A program made the position numbers and the translations under genes. 64,000 nucleotides of DNA from a virus, in the IMG/VR virus record IMGVR_UViG_3300030107_005430, positions 32,001 to 96,000 of that record. One strand, written 5' to 3'. The number at the start of each line of letters is the position of its first letter. Position 1 is the first letter of the stretch. Shown here piece after piece: positions 57,397 to 64,000 of the stretch. The notes under the pieces were generated by a model. The model worked only from the letters and a program-made list of their open reading frames with translations, was not told the DNA's origin and ran no database searches.

Positions 57397-57948
57397 TTAT
57401 ACTGAGTCTGTTGCGCCGTCTTCTGTCCAGTAATCGTATGCGAGAGTGCAGGGGAAGTCTGTAATAACATCAGCAGTTTCATATGACAATTCAATTGCTC
57501 CAACCTCTACAGGCCAGCAATTGTGTAATGTGATTGTTCTTACAGGTTCATTGTCTGCAATATTAAGCATCTCTACAGTCCATTGAGCAGTGCTATCTGA
57601 TACATTTGGATCTTGAGTTAAGTTGGCAACATGGGAGTTGATTGTATTGCTCCATGCAACCATCTTTGATCGAATATCTTCACCTTCATGAGCATCGTCA
57701 AGAACGGTGAATGACCACTCTGCGAAAAGACGATCTCCGGGAATCTTAAGAACACGACCTCGATATGGCACTGAAATGATACCAAGAGTGGAAGGTGGAA
57801 CTGAAGCGGCTTTAATTAGAAAATGACTTTCTACGTCTCCTACACCAGCAGCACCGGGTATCTGTGCAGTAACTCTGAATCTATTTGGTCGAGTACCCCC
57901 GAAAAAAGCATTACGGAAGTCTGAAATATTTGATGATCTTGCATCCAT
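57397..57948 (-). CDS. gp19: Tail tube protein gp19, copy 1
   Basis: Same motifs; late-like GATACATA at 57973..57980 and AAGGAG RBS. Confidence 0.93.
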   Translation of the reverse strand: MDARSSNISDFRNAFFGGTRPNRFRVTAQIPGAAGVGDVESHFLIKAASVPPSTLGIISVPYRGRVLKIPGDRLFAEWSFTVLDDAHEGEDIRSKMVAWSNTINSHVANLTQDPNVSDSTAQWTVEMLNIADNEPVRTITLHNCWPVEVGAIELSYETADVITDFPCTLAYDYWTEDGATDSV

Positions 57949-57978
57949 TTGTTAGTCTCCTTGGTGATACTATATGTA

Positions 57979-59304
57979 TCAGCCTAAACTATCCTGAGTG
58001 TTTTTATTTGTAAATTGAATCTGAATAAAGTTAATACTCTTTGCAGGCTTAACGAATACATCTGCTACAAATTGATTCGAATCAATAATATTTGATGTAT
58101 TATTGGTTTCATCACAAACTACTCTAAAGTCATAGATTCCATCCCTTGATTTAATTTGAGTCAAGAAAGGTTCAATTGCATTTTTAAATGATGATCTTGT
58201 ATCCGCATCATTAATCTCAAACAATTTACTACGAGCAGCAGCACCGATTGTCTTCTTAAGATGAATGAACAATCTTGAAACATTAATTCTACTTAATGTG
58301 CTAGTAGCAACTGTAGTTGTCTTATCTCCGAACAACATAATTCCATTGTCTGGATCATTAATGATTGGATTGACTGCACCATCATAAAGAGTATCTTGCT
58401 CACCCTTTGTTGGATTGTATGCAAGTTTAATTGCATCAATGAGAGTTCCTCTTCTTGCTCCAGCAGGAGAAATCCAAGGATCTGCAACTTGATCTGTTCT
58501 TGCCATGATTCCTGCAACATCGGGGGCGCAGTGAATGTTTATTAGTCCTGTTTCATTTTCATTAGCATTTCTGTTGATATTAGTTTGGTATTTTTGTCCA
58601 AAAACTTCAACAACATATTCGGATGCTTGTGAACCAGAAACTCTACCAACACCACTAACATCAGCGAGAACACCAGCATCTCCCGCAGTTCCTCCATTTG
58701 GAACAACCGCAATACAATCCTTTCTGGTTGTTGCTACATTTACTGCTGTGGTGACTTGAGTTGGGTTTGGAAGATATCTATTGTTAGCATAATCCGCTCC
58801 ACCAGTAGATGCTCCTACAAAAACAACATCTATATTGAGAGATTTGTCCTGTAAAGCACTTTCTGAACCAGCAACTATGCACCTACCACCATATTGAAGG
58901 AAATTGTGAACAGCCCACCAATCACCTTTCCATCCACCTGTTGGACCTTGCGGCCATCTTCCATAAGTGTTTCCGCCTGCAAACGCATCACCTGCTCGAT
59001 GTCCTGTCCCATCATCTGTTGCATGACGAAATGGTACTTCAGTAGAATCATATAACCCTGCTGTTGTACCATCAACTCCGGTTGGTTCTCTTGATGATAA
59101 TCTGTTCATCCAATCACCGACGTTTTCTATCGTCATATAACCATTTGCTCGTTCAGCAGTATTACCAAGAACTGTTAATAAACCATGATGGTGTTCGGTG
59201 TGTGCAACAGATACCATTCCACCAACAGTCTGCGAATCACCACCACGGAATGGAATTACAAAACTGTCATCTGTTATTTGGACGTTTACTTGGGCTCTAG
59301 CCAT
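57979..59304 (-). CDS. gp18: Tail sheath protein gp18, copy 2 (441 aa)
   Basis: NFLQYG, RKDC, PW.SPAG..RG, LY...VNP, GDKT, RINVSRLF, CDETNNT, KPAKSINFI. Confidence 0.93.
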   Translation of the reverse strand: MARAQVNVQITDDSFVIPFRGGDSQTVGGMVSVAHTEHHHGLLTVLGNTAERANGYMTIENVGDWMNRLSSREPTGVDGTTAGLYDSTEVPFRHATDDGTGHRAGDAFAGGNTYGRWPQGPTGGWKGDWWAVHNFLQYGGRCIVAGSESALQDKSLNIDVVFVGASTGGADYANNRYLPNPTQVTTAVNVATTRKDCIAVVPNGGTAGDAGVLADVSGVGRVSGSQASEYVVEVFGQKYQTNINRNANENETGLINIHCAPDVAGIMARTDQVADPWISPAGARRGTLIDAIKLAYNPTKGEQDTLYDGAVNPIINDPDNGIMLFGDKTTTVATSTLSRINVSRLFIHLKKTIGAAARSKLFEINDADTRSSFKNAIEPFLTQIKSRDGIYDFRVVCDETNNTSNIIDSNQFVADVFVKPAKSINFIQIQFTNKNTQDSLG

Positions 59305-59328
59305 TTGTGATTACTCCTGTAGAACCAA

Positions 59329-60669
59329 TCAATCTAGCGTGTCTGCTGTGTTCTTGTTGGTAAATGTTAGTTTTATGAAGTTGATACTCTTTGCAGGTTT
59401 AATAAACACATCTGCTACGAATTGATTTGAATCAATTATCGAACCAGTATTGTTTGTTTCATCACAAACTACTCTATAATCAATGATGCCTCTTCTTGAC
59501 TTGATTGTAGACAGGAAGGGTTCAACTGCATTTTTAAATGATGATCTTGCATCTGCATTATTAATCTCAAAGAGATAATTTCGTGCAGCAGCACCGATTG
59601 TTTTCTTAAGATAGATGAACAATCTTGAAACATTGATTCTGCTTAGTGTGCTTGTTGAAATTGCAGTAGTTTTATCTCCCCAAAGAACCGTTCCTTCTCC
59701 GGGGAAAGTTACTACGGGATTGAGTTTAGCATTATAGAGTCTATCTTGTTCTACATCTGTTGGATTGTGAACAAGTCGAACAACATCTTGAATTCTTCCT
59801 CTGGTAAATCCAGCAGGTGACCACCAAGGATCATTTAATTCATCTGTTCGTGCCATACATCCTGCAACATCTGGTGCAAGGTGGAAAGATAAGAGTGAAG
59901 AATCACCAAGAATTTCACCTGTTCGGGAAATTCCTAGATGTTTCTTGTCACCCCAAACTACGACTTGATATTCACTTGCTGCTACACCAGAAGGTAAACC
60001 GGGTGATGCTGCAACCGAACTATGTCCTGTTGTTACTGCTGGGAACACACCAATGCAGTCTCTTCTATTAGTAACAACATTTGCTACGTCTACTAATTCC
60101 GTAACAGAACCCAGAGAGGCAGTAGAGTCGCCAGTATTGGGTGCTTCTCCACCTCTTGTTGCAGTAAATGTATCGTTACTGGAACCACCAGTTCCTCCTC
60201 CAACGAAAACAAAGTCAAGAGGAATTGAAGTATCTTTTAATGTTTCTCTGCCAGAATTTAATGCAGTACCAGTGTGTGTTTCACTTCCAGTTCCGCCGAC
60301 TACAAGTTCTCCTCCATACTGGAGGAAGTTGTGACCGGCCCACCATTCACCTCTCCATCCTCCAGTTGGTCCATAAGGCCATCTGCCTGCACCAGTGGTT
60401 CCTGCGGTAGCATGAGTTCCTGTATTCGTCACATGATTTTTACCATCAGCACCGTCAGTACCAGCAATTGGATCTGTGGTTGTTAATCTTTGAATCCAAT
60501 CCGCAACAGATCCAATTTGCATTATTCCTGATTTTCTTTCTGCTGTGGTCCCGAGTGCAAGAACCAATCCACCATATGAAATTAAACCACCCCTAGATGT
60601 TCCTGTGAAACTTCCCGGAATTACAAAACTATCGTCATTTATGTAAACGCTGACATTAGGTCTGGCCAT
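59329..60669 (-). CDS. gp18: Tail sheath protein gp18, copy 1 (446 aa)
   Basis: Same sheath motifs, including NPVVTFPGEGTVLWGDKT. Confidence 0.93.
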   Translation of the reverse strand: MARPNVSVYINDDSFVIPGSFTGTSRGGLISYGGLVLALGTTAERKSGIMQIGSVADWIQRLTTTDPIAGTDGADGKNHVTNTGTHATAGTTGAGRWPYGPTGGWRGEWWAGHNFLQYGGELVVGGTGSETHTGTALNSGRETLKDTSIPLDFVFVGGGTGGSSNDTFTATRGGEAPNTGDSTASLGSVTELVDVANVVTNRRDCIGVFPAVTTGHSSVAASPGLPSGVAASEYQVVVWGDKKHLGISRTGEILGDSSLLSFHLAPDVAGCMARTDELNDPWWSPAGFTRGRIQDVVRLVHNPTDVEQDRLYNAKLNPVVTFPGEGTVLWGDKTTAISTSTLSRINVSRLFIYLKKTIGAAARNYLFEINNADARSSFKNAVEPFLSTIKSRRGIIDYRVVCDETNNTGSIIDSNQFVADVFIKPAKSINFIKLTFTNKNTADTLD

Positions 60670-60732
60670 CGTGATTCTCCGTGATTAAAAATCATTTCTT
60701 TGAATTTTACTCTTTTATGTATAATTTTGGGA

Positions 60733-60740
60733 TATTTATA
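60733..60740 (-). promoter_or_regulatory. T4 late promoter TATAAATA (gp18)
   Basis: Exact consensus; a second variant TATACATA lies just downstream. Confidence 0.85.
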
Positions 60741-60744
60741 CTTA

Positions 60745-62421
60745 TCACAACCAAGAATTATTCGAATCATTTTTCCATCTGTCTTCTCCATCCCAGACAC
60801 CTTCATCTTCCGCATCACTATTTTCTATAAATCCGAACGGACACATATCCTCTTCTAATGATTCAATTTCGTCTTTATAAATTCCTGTTCTTACATCAGT
60901 TTCTGTCAATTCTTTGAAATATTCTTGTCTTGTCAACCATGCAAAAAGAACCAAAGACATAACTAAATCATCCGTATGTCCATCATCTGCTTCGAATGAA
61001 TTTCTTTTTGCAACAAATGTAATGAGTTCGTTGATTATGTCAACATCATCTATTAGTAACTTATCTTCTTCAATTAGGCTTTTAAGAACGGAACATCCTA
61101 ATTTTTTCACAGGAGCGGTTGTTCGGACACCCAATTGACTCTGGGATCTACCACCACCGAAACCACCATTAATTGTTTGTCCCGCTCTTCCTCTGTAAAT
61201 TGTCATTAAAATATTTTCATATTCTAGATCTTGATGTAAAATATCAGCCACTTGACCACCAATATCATTTATCTCTACCAGAACATATGCATTATTGTAT
61301 TGTTTTCCGACAGTTGAAATCACTGTAGGATATACCATTGGTGATATTGTATTATTTCTATATCTTGCAACAATTTTATATGGCATTTCTGTTGTATCAA
61401 TCACCACAAAAGCACTATAGTCTTTTCCTTGTCCTCTGGACGTATCTACAGTGATAAAATAATTACGATCTTTGTGAGGCTTTTCGTAAATCCACAACCC
61501 ATCCGCATTTTTAATTTCGGGTGCAGTCCAATTTAAAGATCTTAATTTATGAGATTCTATAAGTGTGTTCTGACTACCAACAAAGTCACACTCAAATTCT
61601 GTCTGAAATTGTTGCTCACTTGTATTTGCTATCGTCTCCTGTCTCCATTGTTCATCTCGAAGAGGTCCTCCCGGATATTTGGGAACTTGCGACCAATGCA
61701 CCTCCACAGGAACATATTCATTTTTTCCTTCCTCTCCTAATTTTCTTGTAGCACCTTTCCAGTAGTAATAAAACATATTCAAACCGTTGGGTGTAGATAC
61801 CATGAAGACTTTTGTACTTTGTCCCGATGTAATTGTGGGATAAACCGAACTGAAGAAATCTTCTGCTATGTTTGTCGGAACGTGAGCAAATTCGTCAAGA
61901 AAAATACAGTTATAAGATCCACCACGAATTGCAGAAGCAGAAGTTGAAGAAGCAAGTATTTTAGATCCATTTTCTAATTGAATGCTTCCTTTGTTCCATT
62001 CAACAATTCCCTGCTGTAACCAAAGAGGAAGATATTCATAGGTTAATTTCAATCTACTTAGAATATCTCTCGATGTGGATTGTTTATTTGCAAGAACAGC
62101 GACACTCATACTTTGATTGAATAAAATATAATGGAGAAGATATGAAATAATTGTTGTGGACTTACCAGACTGTCTTGGAAGTTTTGCAATCACAAAACGA
62201 TTGTTGTGTACCTTGTCCACAATTTCTTTCTGATAATCATACAAATCAAAAGGAACCAGACCCTCGTCAAGTGAAACAACTTTAATATATTTTTCAATAA
62301 AATAAATAGGATCCTGAGAACACTTAATATATTCTTTTACCTGATCCTCTGTAAATTGAATGTTAACACCGGCTTCTTTTAGATTTATATTTCCTAAGTA
62401 GCCTTTTTTCTTACTGCTCAT
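60745..62421 (-). CDS. gp17: Terminase large subunit gp17
   Basis: YLGN.NLK, PRQSGKST, FLDEFA, STPNG, VDTSRG, HTDDLVM. Confidence 0.98.
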   Translation of the reverse strand: MSSKKKGYLGNINLKEAGVNIQFTEDQVKEYIKCSQDPIYFIEKYIKVVSLDEGLVPFDLYDYQKEIVDKVHNNRFVIAKLPRQSGKSTTIISYLLHYILFNQSMSVAVLANKQSTSRDILSRLKLTYEYLPLWLQQGIVEWNKGSIQLENGSKILASSTSASAIRGGSYNCIFLDEFAHVPTNIAEDFFSSVYPTITSGQSTKVFMVSTPNGLNMFYYYWKGATRKLGEEGKNEYVPVEVHWSQVPKYPGGPLRDEQWRQETIANTSEQQFQTEFECDFVGSQNTLIESHKLRSLNWTAPEIKNADGLWIYEKPHKDRNYFITVDTSRGQGKDYSAFVVIDTTEMPYKIVARYRNNTISPMVYPTVISTVGKQYNNAYVLVEINDIGGQVADILHQDLEYENILMTIYRGRAGQTINGGFGGGRSQSQLGVRTTAPVKKLGCSVLKSLIEEDKLLIDDVDIINELITFVAKRNSFEADDGHTDDLVMSLVLFAWLTRQEYFKELTETDVRTGIYKDEIESLEEDMCPFGFIENSDAEDEGVWDGEDRWKNDSNNSWL

Positions 62422-62902
62422 CCACAATTTCCGTATCTATAATAATATTCTCAGTAAGTGACTTCTTTGCACTTCTGGATTGATTTATCAAATCTTGTAA
62501 ATCTGTCGTTGAACCAACATAAATTGAATTATTCGTAGTATTGTTTTGATTAAGAGTTATATCTTCTCTCTTGATTTCTTTCATTTTCTTATGAAGATCA
62601 ATTAAGTCTTTATTTGCTTCTGCTACTGTTTTGATCATTTGTGCTGCAACTTCATATGCTCTGGGAGAATCTCCCTCTGTTGCAACTTTTAATATACCTT
62701 CAATTGCCACTTCACCTGTTTCAATAAGACCTTTTATGTTATGACGAACAAGATTATAATCTTTCATCATATCTTTATTTTGAACAGAAGGTGCAGAAAT
62801 TTCTTTCTTCTTTATTTCTTTTGTTTCTTCTTTCTCAAACTCTACACCCATTGCTTCAGACAATTTATCATTCACATCTTTTTTGTTATCATGAATAGTC
62901 AT
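62411..62902 (-). CDS. gp16: Terminase small subunit gp16
   Basis: DY...R, PRAYEV, NNSIYVGSTTDLQ. Confidence 0.95.
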   Translation of the reverse strand: MTIHDNKKDVNDKLSEAMGVEFEKEETKEIKKKEISAPSVQNKDMMKDYNLVRHNIKGLIETGEVAIEGILKVATEGDSPRAYEVAAQMIKTVAEANKDLIDLHKKMKEIKREDITLNQNNTTNNSIYVGSTTDLQDLINQSRSAKKSLTENIIIDTEIVDEQ

Positions 62903-63641
62903 ACGTTACTCCACCATATACATTTGCACCTGCGGTTGCTCCAGTAGTTCCAGTCGCTCCTGCTCGTATCAATTGAGCATCACCTATAAGAGCGTCGAGA
63001 CTACCATGAATATCCGCATAAGAATCTAAAATAATCGAGGATGTCTTGACTGGAGAATAAACATAAGTTTTTGCTGTAAACTCAAAAGAAGTTGTAATGT
63101 TTCTTCTTGTATCAAAATCACCTTCATACTCTTCCACTGTATCTATACCGTTCAATACAATCGGAATATCTACTTTCGAATTTATATTATTTTGTTTTAC
63201 TGTTACAATAAATTCTGGTGAAAAGTAAGGAGTAATTTGCTCAATAATTTGTAGATTATCATCCATATTTCTTGAAAATGCATACAAACCAAAAGATATA
63301 TTATATGGAGTCTCATTATAGTTATATTCAACATTACCATCAGATTTCTGATATCTTGTTTGTCTCAACTTATTTGTTTTTCTAGCAGGATCATATGCAA
63401 TACCAGTAATGTTGAATCCCATTGTAGGTAAAGTAATTTGAACCTTTGTTGTGTCTGAGATTGAACTCATTTGTTGTATTCGTCGAATATACTTTTCCTT
63501 CGGTCCATATGAAAGTGGAACACGAATACTTTCCTTCGTAGAACCATCAGAATTCTTACGAATGATTTTTATATCATTGAACAATGAACCAAATCCAATG
63601 ACAACTTTACGAATCGCCTCGTTGTAAAATGAAGTAAACAT
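62889..63641 (-). CDS. gp15: Tail sheath stabiliser/terminator gp15
   Basis: FG.LFN.I, VPL.YGPKEK, LP.M.F, LQIIEQI.PYF.P, DIPI.L. Confidence 0.95.
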   Translation of the reverse strand: MFTSFYNEAIRKVVIGFGSLFNDIKIIRKNSDGSTKESIRVPLSYGPKEKYIRRIQQMSSISDTTKVQITLPTMGFNITGIAYDPARKTNKLRQTRYQKSDGNVEYNYNETPYNISFGLYAFSRNMDDNLQIIEQITPYFSPEFIVTVKQNNINSKVDIPIVLNGIDTVEEYEGDFDTRRNITTSFEFTAKTYVYSPVKTSSIILDSYADIHGSLDALIGDAQLIRAGATGTTGATAGANVYGGVTYDYS

Positions 63642-64000
63642 TAATAATTACCCTCCGAGAACGGATCTGTGTCCGTGAAGTCAAAGATATCATCTTGATC
63701 TCTAAACAATTCAATATCTTCATTGTCACCCATTGGTTTGTTATCTTCAGTTTCTTGTGGAATAATTATTGTTGTAGTAGTCTTACTACTAATTTCATAT
63801 TCTGCACCAGATACTGCACCCTTAAGGGTAGGTATACCAGAATCTGCCACTTCTGTAGTGGAAAGAGTTCCCACAACATTAGTAATTGTCAGTTTAGTAG
63901 TCGCAGAGTCCCAATCTGTTGCAACAGCAGTTGCAGTTGCATTTCCAAGTGTTGCACTTGAACCTGTTGTTCCACTAACTTGATATACTGTTTCTCCCTC
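63641..64000 (-). CDS. gp14: Neck protein gp14 (3' part; begins outside the window)
   Basis: Frame stays open to the window edge (EGETVYQVSGTTG...); ends DFTDTDPFSE as gp14 does; upstream of gp15. Confidence 0.85.
   Translation of the reverse strand, partial: EGETVYQVSGTTGSSATLGNATATAVATDWDSATTKLTITNVVGTLSTTEVADSGIPTLKGAVSGAEYEISSKTTTTIIIPQETEDNKPMGDNEDIELFRDQDDIFDFTDTDPFSEGNY

Noticed and set aside
56807-60669. Extracellular contractile injection system or tailocin, suggested by multiple sheath and tube genes
   Set aside because: Embedded among terminase, portal, protease, scaffold and capsid genes in T4 order, so it is a true phage tail module
2709-62421. Introns, inteins or homing endonucleases in gp43, uvsX, uvsW, gp46, gp20, gp23 or gp17
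   Set aside because: All are continuous and of ordinary length; no LAGLIDADG, HNH or GIY-YIG motifs seen
204-63983. Numerous plus-strand ORFs in the track (e.g. His-rich 6610..6876, 13237..13668, 53791..54261)
   Set aside because: All lie antisense to well-supported minus-strand genes and lack motifs; the His/Pro richness mirrors Gly codons on the other strand
1-64000. Stop-codon reassignment as in some large phages
   Set aside because: Core genes are full length in the standard code, and TAA, TAG and TGA all terminate genes

Overview
A 64-kb segment of a large T4-like myophage genome, probably an uncultured aquatic lineage; the host cannot be identified from this window. Every credible gene is on the minus strand. 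Read in the direction of transcription (right to left): neck/tail/packaging/head module (gp14 partial, gp15, gp16, gp17, TWO gp18 sheath genes, TWO gp19 tube genes, gp20, two core genes, gp21, gp22, gp23, gp3); uvsY-uvsW; gp55, gp47, denV-like, gp46; a Maf-like gene, a DNA methyltransferase and rnh; gp45-gp44-groES-gp62-regA. The normally short regA-gp43 interval holds a 25-kb, 30-gene glycan island: about 14 glycosyltransferase genes including GT29, GT17, GT10, GT11, GT8 and GT2-TPR types, NeuB/NeuA/HAD/WecB, a three-domain branched-sugar synthase and 8 methyltransferase domains. This runs directly into collagen-like and fibre genes, then dUTPase, DUF1599, gp43, uvsX and gp41 (partial). Best candidate for a novel system: phage-encoded virion glycosylation including sialylation, with a candidate G-x-T-G/A acceptor motif recurring in structural proteins. 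Other notable signals: duplicated sheath and tube genes, apparent absence of AGCT and CCWGG, a lone plus-strand sigma70 promoter, and a long leader hairpin. All family calls come from motif recognition by eye, not database searches.
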